Made by a program: the position numbers and the translations under genes | In this document: positions 28,188 to 40,835 of the stretch, one piece after another | Position numbering within the stretch: the stretch's first letter is position 1 | Layout of the letters: each line of letters starts with the position of its first letter | Notes under the pieces: model-generated | What the model was told of the DNA's origin: nothing | Seen by the model: only the letters and a program-made list of their open reading frames with translations | Database searches by the model: none | From: Geosiphon pyriformis uo1 | Taxonomy: Eukaryota > Fungi > Glomeromycota | DNA length: 64,000 nucleotides | Direction: 5' to 3' | Assembly: GCA_016748015.1 (NCBI GenBank) | Contig: JAAOMT010000786.1 | Span: 561,814-625,813, forward strand

Positions 28188-28949
28188 AACCGGGTTCTAA
28201 TTTTTGTGTTAAACATATTCATTTGTGGTAGCCTTTCTTGAGAAAGTAGGTAAAAATGGCATCATATTTTGAAAAAAGGTTTTTTTTTTATTGTCCTACT
28301 TCACGGTGCTTTTTAAAGTGTAGCCAGGTTTGGGTTAATAGGTTGGGAAGCCAAAAAAGATAATGCATCTCGTTCATGTTTTCAATTTTTAAACTTACTG
28401 AGCCGATTTTTTATTCCATTATTTAGGAGTTGAGGAGATAGCAGGTATGTGAGAAAAAAACATGGAATTGAGTTCATAATTGTGTTTTGAATGATGAAAA
28501 AAATCAAGTCTTATGCACAGAGTTCAGTAGAGGACGCCTTTAATTAGGTTGAACCCACCTTTGCCCTCTTGTGTCATTATTGAAAATACTGTATACCAGT
28601 GACTGACCAAAATGCAATTGATGAAAAGCAATTACTTGGCTCTGATCATCTTGCAGATTTCAATTTTGTTCACATGACTCTTATTTATTTCTATCGATAC
28701 ATAATAGGGTATTCATTCACAATTCTCGACTACGCAAAAAGAAACCTCTCAGAATGGCTTTGTTTGAAAATATTTATCGGGACAGATTTATTGTGTATTT
28801 TACAATAAAGTCTGGAGATTTAGGAAAATTTTATTTATAGAGTTAATAAGATCCCCAAAATAATATAAGCAATTTGTTTTGAAGCTCATTCATTTGTAAT
28901 TATTAATCAGATATTAAATTTTTAACGAGTCACCGCAATAATGGGATTT

Positions 28950-30436
28950 TTATTTTTTTAGCATTTCATGGGCTTGATTTATAACTTTCACTACACCGAG
29001 CACCTCAACTTCATTCTTGGGGGCATACTTCCTTAATAAAAATTCAATCGCATGAGTCTGTTCTAAAAAATCGTGAATAACGTCGCAAAGCACACGCAAA
29101 ATAAAATCGATCGGAGGTTGTAAAGCAAGGGGTGGTACTTTCCATTCTTGCTTATTTTCGTGACGCTGCTCTATAGATGGTGTTATGTGCAAACAATTTT
29201 CTTTAGACGCCATGTTTAGAATATCAAGCTCCCTCAAAAATCTACTCGAGATGCAATTAATTAATTGCCATAATATAACCCAATCCCACCCAGCATTAGC
29301 CATCAATAGTCGCTGACATGTTTCTATGAATTCAAATTTGGCCATTTCATCTTGCAAATCACGGATAGCATATTTGACCTCAAGTAAATCTGCCTTCATC
29401 CCAACATACATTATATCGAAAGCGGTCGATTGCGCCCAATTGTGATTAATGGAAATACAATCGCCTATGTTCTCAACCATGTGATACCATGATGAAGGAA
29501 CAAAAAGTGTCTCTCCAGTATGCTGATATACAACAAAGCGCCGGGCCTGTGCAAAATTTGGAAACATCTTTGAATCAACATCACGCAAGTCGTATACTAT
29601 ATTACCGAGGGGGTCTCTCAAAAGATGCTCTTGATCTGGAGGAAAAAGTGTCCATTTCTTTATACCGCAAATGTTTGCTGACCAAGAATAGGATCGATAA
29701 ACATCACAATGAAAGGGGGTAAAGGTCCCGTGGCCTCCCATGTAAACAAATCGATAATCATCGTTGGTATGGGCGATCCAGAATTCATTCATCCAATCAT
29801 CTTTACAAGACATGGAATTACTATGGTTAGATGATATAAACAACTTTTCACCTTAAAATAACTGAATTATTGATTTAAAACACCTTGAAATATTTCTGGT
29901 GTTTCGTAAGCATAATATTCAGGAAAAGTCTGGGCAAAGTGCCAATCCTTGCAATAGAGGAAAGGTTTTATTGGCAGGGATAGATCTTTGGCAGTTATAT
30001 TACTGATCTCCAAGGAAGTTTTTCGCCAGATATCAATAAACTCTTTAAATAACATTTTACTTCGAGCTTGATCCGTAAAATATTTTTTAGAACAATCAGC
30101 CACACATACCAGAGCCTCACCAAATTGTGATCGAAGATATTCAAAATTAGGCCGAACTTTTGCCCCGAGTGCGAGGCTATTATGATTCGAAACAGGTGTG
30201 ATTAAATCATCAACAGGGTTTGATGAGAAAGTCGTTATTTTTTGATTTTCATTCTCCACGTCAATCACCCATTCCTTTCTTGCCCTCCAATTCTCGGTCA
30301 TAGAAGGACCAATCAATAAAGGAAAATTTGGTAACAGATGATGGTTGAAAAAGTCTTGATATGAGGGTGGTTCGACGAGATATGGAATTTCTTGTATTTG
30401 GTTATAGGATCGTGAATAAGGCAAGGTTGAAGGCAT
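28950..30436 (-). CDS. JMJD4: JmjC 2-oxoglutarate/Fe oxygenase JMJD4 (eRF1 lysyl hydroxylase family); exons 30436-29884, 29800-28950
   Basis: YCKDWH, DDWMNEF, DYRFVYMG..TFTPFHCDV..SYSWSANICG.KKW, FVPSSWYHMVEN, SINHNW. Confidence 0.9.
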
Positions 30437-32329
30437 CCTTTCACGAGGATTGGCCAAAGTTCTTTAAAGCGAAGCCATTTATATAATTTAAAAAAAATAC
30501 GGATTAAGAATTTAAAGAAAATCAAACAATTAATATCATCGTCTTCAAATTATAAGCTTGTGACAAACTATAAGCAGCCTCTTGAACGTTCTCGATAATC
30601 AACCTTCAAAATAAGTATCTGCCGTAATTGGCAAGTTTTCTTGTCAGCGACTTTTTTTACTTCTACCGAAGCAAAAACAAGCTTTAAAAAATTGAATCAT
30701 GAATTTTTGATTAATAGAATCAGAAAAAGTGAACAAAGAAATTTCAGCGAGCAAAAATCGGCTAACATTTTCATTTAATCATATGCTTAGATTTTTTGGA
30801 ACCAATAGCAAAGCCAATAAAACCAAGTGAAGAGTAGATAATTTCAGTTTCGGAGGAGGGTAGAAGTAATAATTAAAATAAATTTGGATAAATCTACTTT
30901 CTGATTAAATAAATTATATATTTGTTTTTTGTTAAAACTTCTTCCAATCTTTGATTTTTCTCAATCTTTTAAAAGCAAATAATGTAAAATCTCAGTTTTT
31001 TATTGTGAAATTTATTTTTAAATTTTTTAGAATTTTATGTAAAGCTTATTCTAACTTCACAATAAAATTTTTGTTAAGTTTTGCACAAAATTTAATTATA
31101 AAACTTTTTATTATGTATTATTTAAATACATTGGCATTTTTAACCATATATTTAATTGTTATATATTTAATTGATTACAAAAGTTGATTATTAATAATAA
31201 ATATTCAAACTTTTTTTTTTGTATTTTTTTATTTTTTATTTTTGTTAAATTTTTGGCTTTTAAAAATATTTTTTGTAAAAATAAAACTGTAATTAAAAAA
31301 TTCAAACTTGGACATTTTTATGTATATTTTTAATATTTTTATATGTTTTATGGTTTTAAGTCTTAAAACAATATAATATATATATTTTTATTTATTTATT
31401 TTTGTTTATAATGTAGTTTAATTACAAATTATTTTTGTATAAACCAATTATTATATATTAAATATAAATTGTATATAATTAGCCATTTATATTTTTTAAT
31501 ATATAATTATAATATTTTAATATTTTTTAATAAATAAATAAATTTAACACAAATTTTTAGACAAAAATATTTTTATAATTACAATTAAAACAAAAAACAA
31601 AAAACTTTAAGTTTTTTTTAAATAATATAAACACAAAATAGTTTTTGTATGCTAATAAAACATTTTTTTTGGCTTTAAATATGAGTTTATTCTTATTTAA
31701 TATTTTTTTATGTAATATTTTTTTATTAATAAAACCAATTAACAAATAAAAACAGTTTTAATAGCTTTAAAAAATTTAAAATACATAATAATATATTGTT
31801 ATAAACTAATAAATTTAACTTAATATTAAAAATATTTTTTATTTATTAAAAAAATATCTAAAAACATATTATATACAATTATAATAGTAAATTCAAAAAT
31901 AAAAATAAATATTACAAAATATTTGACAATTTTAAAAGTAAAAAAAAATGTTTTAATAAACTTAATTTTGGCAAGAATATTTAAAAAAAACTTAAAAAAC
32001 AAATTTACATAAAAAAGTATAATATTAATTTTAATAATTAATTTTAAATTAAAATTATATTAAAAATAATTAAAAATACCAAAGTATTTTATGATTAAAA
32101 ATAAATATATGTATAAATAATATTAATTAGCAAAAAAAATTTAGTAATTAAATTATCAAAAAATTAAAATTTATTTTTATTTTAAATAAAATATAACTTA
32201 TTATTATTTATTAAACAAATATTGTTTTAATATATTAAATCAATAATTTTTAATTATAATTATTAATAAAATATTAATTTCTTTTTTTATTATTATGTTA
32301 ATTAATTAATTTATTAAAGAAATAAGTAT

Positions 32330-35300
32330 TAAATACAAATATTACAAAAAGTCAATTTTGTCAGAAAAATCTTTTCAGGTGTAAATGGTTTTGGAGGGGC
32401 CTCTACTCCCTCAAAATTTGGTGGAATCATTTGGACTACTTTCACTTCTGAAGAGACGATGATGACTGCAGCTAATCTGGCTAATGACCGTGGTGTTGTG
32501 GTAAACACTAATCTCAAGCACCCTGTCAACAATCGTACAAATCGGGCAATTGTGCTGAAAGAAATTTCTGTGAGAACATCTTTGGAGGCTGTGCATGTGG
32601 CTGTAGCCGAATTTGGCTTCATTAAGTCAATCAAAATGCAGCTGGTGGGTTTATGGCAAAAGACGATCATCGAATTGGAAGATCAAGACCAGGCTGATTT
32701 TCTGGCCTCTAAGTGGTCTATCCTCATTGAGAAGGACATGATTCGGGTGGCCAGGACTAATATCAACAAACAATCGTGAGATGCCAGGGATAATTTTAGG
32801 GCTTTGCTATATACTCTTCCCATGGGAACCACTGCTCATGATTTGTGGGATTTTATTGGTTCTATTGATGAGAAAACCTGCTTCATCGATCGCAATCCCA
32901 TCAGTTATTCTCACGTCCGCTGTGCCACTGTGTGTTTTAGCTCAGAAGAGGAATTAGTTAATGCAATGGTGACGACTTTAATTATAAAGAGCTTTGGTCT
33001 TCATTGGTCCCGTCTTTCTTTAGCTTCATGTGCAGTTTGTAAGAAATTTGGTCATACTTCTCTTGGTTGTAGAACAGTCAAGGGTGCCAGGATTGCAGGA
33101 GGCAGAAAGGCTCGCCTTTTGGTTCAGGACCAATCCAGATTGGCGAAAATTTATGCAAGGAGATCTGTACCTATCTCTCGTCCTTTGGCTTTTGGTGGTA
33201 AAACTTGGGCATTGGTGGTTAGTGCTCCCTCTGCTCCCTCTCTCTCTGGTGATAAGACAAGTTTTGGTTCCGTCGTCAATGGTAAACCTACCCCTCCTGT
33301 TGCAAAAGATCTGGAAAAAAGACTGGTCAGTATCGAAGATGGTCTTGTCAGTCTCGCAAAACAAATTGATGGGTTGGCCAAGAGGTTAGATTTGCTTGTG
33401 CTGGTGGTTCCCCAGTCTGGTCATGGATGCCGGCTGCCAGTAGTCGCCCCGCCACAGAATTCGGAAAGTGATGTGACATTAGATATAGACTTGAGTATGG
33501 CTAATGGCCATGAGTCTGCCATGGTTGTGGACTCATCCACGTTCCCCCATGTTGTCAAGTTGGAAAATATGTTGGAGAGCCTCTCCAAATCTGTGTTGAT
33601 CTTGTCCACTCATTTCGATAGTCTGGCTTTGGCTGGTGGTGCGAACTTCCAATCCCCCTTCCAATGAGTGAATTAGTATGGAGAGTCACTACATGCAATA
33701 TTAGAGGAATGAACAACCCTGCGAAGCAGGGTGATGTCGTTCGTTGGCATAAGGACATGGACAATTCAATTTCGATTTTTACTGAAACTAAGTTAAAAGG
33801 TAAGGTTCGGCCCTGGATCATTAACAAGTTTGATGGGGTTTGGGTGTTTACTACTGGTTTGGATTCTGGATATCTGGGTGCTGGTGTGGTGGTGGTTATG
33901 AACTCTTTTTTGGCGAGACATGTGTGCAAGGTGTCTGAGGTCCTGGGTTGGTTGTTGTCTATCAAGTTACTTTTCAAGAACAGGCTCTCTGTGTCAATTT
34001 TGGGACTGTACGCTGGCACTTCTTCGGCGGTCCGGTTCTCTCAGGCAGGCAAAATCAACTCTATCATCGCAAAAGCTGTTAACGAGTCCTCCTTTGTTAT
34101 CCTCGGTGGCGATTTTAATGAAGACGGCTCTCATAAGTGTGCGAGTTTCAAGAAGTGCCTTGATTTGGGATTGATTAACTCTTTGGTCAGGAGCCCGGCT
34201 GTGAAAATGCCCACTTGGGAGAACTCTAGGGGTGTTAAAAGAACAATTGATTACATGTTTGTCTCTCCGAATCTGGTCAATGCGATGGTGCATCATAATG
34301 TTTCGGGTGTTAGTGAGCACTTTGACATGGATTATCAAGCTGTCTCAGTGTCTTTGGATCTGGGTGGGCTTCTGAATATGCAATTGAGCTCTTTTCGCAA
34401 GCAAGCAAACAGAAACAGATGGAAGTTTGATTTCAAGGGTGCTGATGAGAGTAAATAGATCAATTTTAAGTGTGCCACATTGGCTAATGCAACAATGTTC
34501 TCAGATGAGTTTGCTGTTTCTGTGAGGTTTTTGGATTTGGATGCAATGTGGGATGTTGTTCGCAGAATAATGATTCTTTCGGCTAATAAAGTGTTCAAGA
34601 AAAAGTGGTTCAAGGAATTTGATGGTGTCTTTACCAAAGAGTCATCAAGGTTCCACAAGTTGGAGCTTCTGGTTTCAAAAATTATTAAGGCTTTTCGTGT
34701 AGGGTGTGCTGTGGATTTTGCTTCTCTTATGAGATGTTGGGCTTCTCTGGACAGTGTCAAGGCTTTGGTCGTTCAGGATCTGGTGGACTCTGGTGTGGAA
34801 TCTGGTCGTGTTTGTTCTGCTTTTTTTGGTACCAGAAAATCTTATCGAAAGTCCAAGCTCATTGAATCTCAGAGTACTAAAGAAGCATGCATCAGATCTG
34901 CGATAGACAAGAAGATGGAAAGCTTTGAGATAAATAAAGGTCATACAATAAGAAGTGTGTTGGAGCACCCATTTCGTAAGATTGTGCTGGATCATTTGGT
35001 GGTTGATGACGAATTGATTTTGGAACCTGAGCAGGTCAAATCCAAGGTAGATGCGATCATGGAAGGTTGGACTAGGAAGCGTTGGGTGGTCGATAATGTC
35101 TCGGATGATTGGTGCCTTCAATATTAGCCGCTGGAGTATGTTTTTGACGAAGCTTTTTCTGGTGTCATGTGTTTGATTGGGTATGATGAGTTCTTTGGGG
35201 TGATTTCTGATCTTCCGGAGGGTAAAGCGGCTGGTTTGTCGGGTATTTCAAATGAGCTTTGGAAACATTGTGATAGGTCAGTTTTGAATATGTTGTTGGT

Positions 35301-38300
35301 GCTCTTGAATTCTTGTTTGTCTAGTGAGTCAGTGCCCGGCCCTTGGAAGGAAGCATGGGTCTCGATGATTCCGAAACCTTATGAGTGAGAAGGTGTTTTA
35401 ACGAACACACGTCCTATTGCCTTGATCGAAACAGCTCGCAAGGTTCTTTTCAAGATACTCTCGGACAAGATTTCTTTGGCGTGCAGTACTTTTGACATGC
35501 TTTGAGGGGCTAATTTCTCAGTTTTGAAGGATATAACAACCCAGTCTCCTATTTTTGCAGTTGGTTCGGTGGTCGAAGATGCTTTGGAAAAAAACAGGGA
35601 GCTATGGCTGGTTCTGCAGAACATGCGGAAGGCATATGACTCGGTTGGCTGGGAGCATCTCGAGAAAAGTTTGGTCAGGATTAAGATGTGTAGCAAGTTT
35701 ATTCGGTTTTTTGGTGGTATTCATAGGGATCGTACCAACTGAGTCATGACTGATTTTGGACTGACAAGCGGTTACCGTGTGCACGATGGTTTGGACCAGG
35801 GAGAGGTCTTCTTTTCTCTTCTCTGGCGCATATTTTATGATCATCTTTTGTGCGAAGTCAAAAGACAGGAGAGTGTATGTGGGTATAGGTTGAACTCTCA
35901 CTTTGTTTCCAAGAATGGTCGTTCCAAATTCTAGACTGGGTTTTCTTTTTTTTTTGCCGCTGGTGCTTTTGTTGATGATACAATTTGGGTTGGTAGCAGT
36001 CAGATGGCTACTCAACATATTCTCGATGTTGCTAGTGAATTTTTTTTTATCAATGACATTTCTATTAACAATGACAAAACGGTAGCCATTCCTATCAATA
36101 GCAGAGTCAGCAGTCCCTCCCTTTCTATCAGCGGTTTGCCCATTTCTATTGCCAAAAAGGGCAAATCTCACTGATATTTGGGCATTTTTCTATCAACTGA
36201 GGGTCTTTCAAAGCCTAACTTGGCTAAGACGCATTCGGACATTCGCTTTTTTACCAATCTGGTGTTGAGGAAGGCGGTCTCAGATAAGCAGTTTTTGTAT
36301 TTGGTGTCGGCAGTTCTGCATCCGATAGTCAGCTATAGAACTCAGTTCAGTTTTATTCCTGTTGGTGTGTGCGGGAAGTGGGATGCTCTGATTCGTAAAG
36401 GTTTGAAGCTCAAGTCTGGTTTGCCACTCAATTTCCCCAATAATATGGTTTACCACCCTTCGTTTTATGGTTTGAAGTTATTTTCTCAAGTTCAATCTGA
36501 AAGCAAGATTGTTTTCCTTGTCAGTTTTGCGAACTCTGGTGGTATCTTGGGTCGTTTGTTTTCCCACAGGTCTCATGACTTGCAAGTTTTGTGTTGGCAC
36601 CCTGTTCATCCATTGTGTTCTCCTGTTCGTATTTGTGTCAGTGCTTCTAATAACTTTCTGGCAGGCATGGTTCGTGTTCTTGTCGATTGCAATGTGTCTC
36701 TGGGTGGCTCTTTGGTTAGTTTCTTTTGGTCTTATGGCGGAGTGCCTATGTCTGAGGTTCTGGGCGAGTCAAGGTTTCTCAAGTTTCTCCCTTCCCTCCA
36801 GCGGTATGGTATTGTCTTTGTGAATCAACTTTGTGACCATTATGGTGCTGTCTATGATTGGTACACTTTCAAGCGGTGGAAGAGATTGGACCCCCATGGC
36901 CCAGTTCCTGAGTGGTTCAAGCATTCTGTTTTGTTTCTCAATAGTGTGAGATCTTTTCGCGATCAGTCTCTAGTTTTGGAAGATGGTAGTCCTTCGAACA
37001 TTCTTGAGTCTGGTGATTTTGTGTCTATTCATGATTGTCTCTTGGTGACCGGTGCTAGCAGTCTGTCAGTGTATACGGATGGATCTCTTAGTGGTCTTGG
37101 CATGGTTGGCTGTAGAGCTGGTGCTGCTGTTTTTTTTGAGGACATTGGTTTGGGTTTGGGCGTAAGGGTTTCGGGTTTGATGTCATCTACTTTGGCGGAA
37201 TTGCAGGCTGTTGCTTTAGCTCTGGAGTGTGTTCCCCCATCAAGCTCTGTTTGTCTGTTCTCAGATAGTCAATCGGCGTTGAATGCTTGCAGGTCAGAGT
37301 TAGATCTGGTGTGTCCTGATTTTCGTAATCAGTATTGGGTCAAACGTCATCATATTGTCAACGTAATTTGTAGTAAGAAGTTAAGGGTTAGCTTTTGCAA
37401 GGTGAAAGGTCATTTTGGTGTTCCGAGAAATGAGCGTGCTGATGCGATCGCTGGTGCCGCTTCTCTCTCCAATTGGTATCTTCCCCCTTGCTTGAGTGAG
37501 CACTTCTTGGCAGCTGATGGTGATGTTGTTTCTGGAAATTCGAGGCATTTTGTTCGTGATATTTATTGTTCTATTTGTCGTGTGCGGTGGGAGGTTGGTT
37601 CTGGTTCTGGGGTTTTGGCTGGCAGTTTGTCTTCTGAGGTTGATTGGCCCTGTTCGTTGTTGGTGTGTCATCCTGATTTGCACATGGCTGCAGGATTCAC
37701 CAGCAGGTATTTGTCCAGTATGTGTACTTATTTTATAAAGTCTTTGCACCATCGGCTGCCAGTTGCTGTTCGAAAGCGCCTCTATGATAAACGTTATCCT
37801 AACGTGTTGTGCTTGTATTGTGATGAGGTGAAAGTGTCGGATCATGTATTCTCTTGCAAGGTTGACAAGTCTGTTTGGCGCCAGTTGTTGAATTCTCATG
37901 TTGGGTTCTGGAAGGTGCTTTCTGGCTTCTCTCACTCCTCCTCGGGTATATTACAGCTGTTGTCATCCAGTATTTCTGATTCCTCTGTGTCTATGGCTCT
38001 TTTTAAGGGCTTTGTTTTCAATGGATGGTTTAGCGAGGCTGTTTCCATTTTTCACGACCCCAAGATTGCTGTTTTGGAAATCGTCAAGTTTGTGCACTCT
38101 CTTGGTCTTGCTTTCAGGAAGGATGTCTGGTCGATTCGTGCTAAGCATCGTGCGTATATGGAGAAGAATGGACTGATCCCGCTAGATGGTTCAGCCATCG
38201 TCTCAGTTCATGGTTTGGCTTCGAGGTTCTCTGCAGGGGTGGTTAAGTTACTTGGCATTACTAGTGCTTTAGGTGTTCATTTTGGTTTTCACAAGACTTG

Positions 38301-38483
38301 CTTGTTTTTTTCAGGTATAGGTGAATCAGTGTCAGTTCATATAGCTGTGTAGTGTTGTTCTGATCAGCCCGAGTGGTTGGTCATGTGTAGAAAGTGCATG
38401 ATTCATGCCTAGTTTAGATCAATTCCTTGATGTATAGTGCTAGGTAGTGTTTGGACCTCACTCGTTAAGCGAAAAAAAAAAAA
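32330..38483 (+). mobile_element. Near full-length LINE (ORF1 with zinc knuckle; ORF2 APE-RT-RNase H-zinc finger; 3' UTR; poly-A), inactivated by in-frame stops, 5' part eroded
   Basis: ORF1 pieces 32459-33667 share one frame (CAVCKKFGHTSLGC); ORF2 pieces 33664-38352 share one frame; poly-A at 38472-38483. Confidence 0.95.
33664..38352 (+). pseudogene. LINE ORF2 (~1560 codons) with 7 in-frame stops and no frameshift
   Basis: APE motifs TCNIRG, ETKL, GDFN, IDY; RT motifs RPIALI, KAYDSV, GLDQG, FVDD; RNase H motifs YTDGS, AELQA, SDSQ, KVKGH, NERAD; CLYC...DHVFSC. Confidence 0.95.
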
Positions 38484-38589
38484 TTACAAATAGTTTAATA
38501 AAAACTACATATTATATATAATTAAATTATTAAAGTTTAATAATTTATCAAAAAAATAATTAAATACCAAAATATTTTTTTATTATTAA

Positions 38590-40835
38590 TGCATTTAATA
38601 AGTGTAGCCCAATCACTATCTAGTACATAGAGCCAAACTAAGAGGCTCAAACTAAATGCAACTCATGTACTCTCTACATGTGGCTAGCCATTCAGGCCAG
38701 ACAAGACTATACTACACACTTATATTAACCCGCACACTGCCACCCAGACCAGAAAAGAAACAAAATGGCCTTTGATGACCAAAGCTAACAGCAAAAGAAT
38801 TGGCCACATCAAGCAATCTTACAATGCCATCAGAAACAACACCACCATCACAAACCAGACCAGCCTTCTCTATAACCACCCAGAGGCTGGACCTAACCAA
38901 CCACACCTTAGCACGATGTAACCTAACAACAAATCTGACATAATCAACAATCTGAGCAGCAGCCACCTTTCTATCCTCGAAAACACTGCAAGCCTCCTCA
39001 AACCATTCCCTCAGCACAAATTCTTTGCAAACTAAAGAATACAACCTGACATCAATAAAACATTGAGACAAAACTCACAACATGGCGGAAGTAAGAGAAC
39101 CACCAGCCAAAACTAACCAATGGGCAGAAGTCTCAGCCAAGATCTCACCATGAATGCCAACCTCATGAACACAAATAAAAACATGGTCAGAGAATTTCAT
39201 CCCACTGCACAATAAACACAACACATTAGGGTAGCACCTATCATACAATCTTTTTTATACCACCACTGGCAATTTCTTGTGTACAGCCTTCATAAGATAA
39301 GTGCGGAGCATTGAGGACTTATGACTAGTAAACCCAGCGAGCATATAAGAATCAGGATGCCATACTTTTGCAGTGACAACCCAGTCTATGCAACCAATTA
39401 TCACGTCTGAAACCACATCACAACCAGGACCAGCTTTTCAACAAGCACAACAAATAGACTGAAAAATATTCCTAACAAAATAATGGATATTGCCAGAGAT
39501 AGCAACATTCTCAGCAACCAAAAAATGTTCACGCATATTGGCAAAAAGAGAAAAGGGGGATCCAGAGGCAGCCCCAGCTGCCAAGTCAGCTTCCACATTT
39601 TCAGGAATCTCAGAGTAATCCTTTACCTTAACTCAACTTACACTAAGATCTTTATCTCTGACCAAATTAAAAATATGCCACTTCTCCAGCCAGCATTGGT
39701 TATGGAAATCGGAGGTAGCCAAAAACATCTTAGACACACATACATCAATAGCAGCCTGACTGTCAAGATACAACACCACAGTACTTGAAGAAAAAACACA
39801 CACCAGAGACAAAGCAACAGTCTGTAATTTGGCTATAGTAGATGACAAAAGACCACGAACAGTAATACTAATGCTCTTATCCAAGACTAGAAAGTATGCA
39901 GCAGCACCACAGGTAACCTCAGCAGAGCCTGCATTCCTTAAAGACCCATCCATAAAAACTTTAAAAGAGCCTGACCAAATGTCATGCAAACCATCTTTCA
40001 CTACAGAAAATTCCCTAGACCCCAAAATGTCCAAACCAAGCTTCTCCATAGAGCTAACAGGACCAGAAAATGGATAACCCTGATCCTTCAAAAACTCAGA
40101 AGAAACCATGAACCAATGAGACACAGGACCATGCAGATCCAATTTTTTCCAATGACAAAAAGTTTTTCAATCCAACAAGACACCTTTCTTATCAAAAAGC
40201 CAATCACTAAAAGCGACATCAAAGCATTTAAGAGATTTGACTGAATCAAAATACAGAGACTTTCCAAGAATAGAGGACAATAGAAAATGACCAGGATTAC
40301 AAAATGCAGTAGGGAAGTTGTTCACCAAAAACAACTTATTGCCCAAAAAAATCTTTACCATCTCAGCCAAAAAATTGTTCACTGGATTAATATGCAACCT
40401 AACCGGAAACTGCAACGGATCCAAAGGAATCCAACCAAAAACCTGTAGATCCAAAAACCTATAACAAAACAAAAGTCCAAGAATACTAAGGGCATTAGAG
40501 AACATTATCAGAGCAGCAACCTTTCCTTCTAATTGCACCTGCTCAAAAGGCTTCAGGCCATATAATGAAGGATGATACAAAGCAGCATCAGGAAAATCAT
40601 GGAAAAGACAAGCCTTAGACCTGAGACCTTTTCTAACCAAGACATCTCACTTGCGACAGACATTAAAAGAGACAAAACTGAACTGAATACGATAACTAAC
40701 AATAGGCTGCAAAACAGCCAAAACCAGATAGGAGAATTGTTTATCTGTGATAGCCTTCCTGAGCACAACATTGACGAAGAAACGTACATTTACATGAGTC
40801 TTGGCAACACTCAGCTTGGAAAGCTCCTCAGTTCC
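38590..40835 (-). mobile_element. LINE 3' portion (RNase H, zinc finger, 3' UTR), tail-to-tail with the previous copy
   Basis: ORF pieces starting 40640, 40142 and 39071 share one frame and are homologous to 36178-38352; 3' UTR at ~38590-38711. Confidence 0.92.

Noticed and set aside
28520-28570. B-box-like GGTTGAACCC suggesting a tRNA
   Set aside because: No cloverleaf or A-box could be formed; no tRNA or rRNA was recognised in the window.
33664-38352. Alternative genetic code or programmed readthrough explaining LINE stops
   Set aside because: Stops replace different residues (W, Q, R), mostly differ between copies, and host genes end in TAA, TAG and TGA normally.
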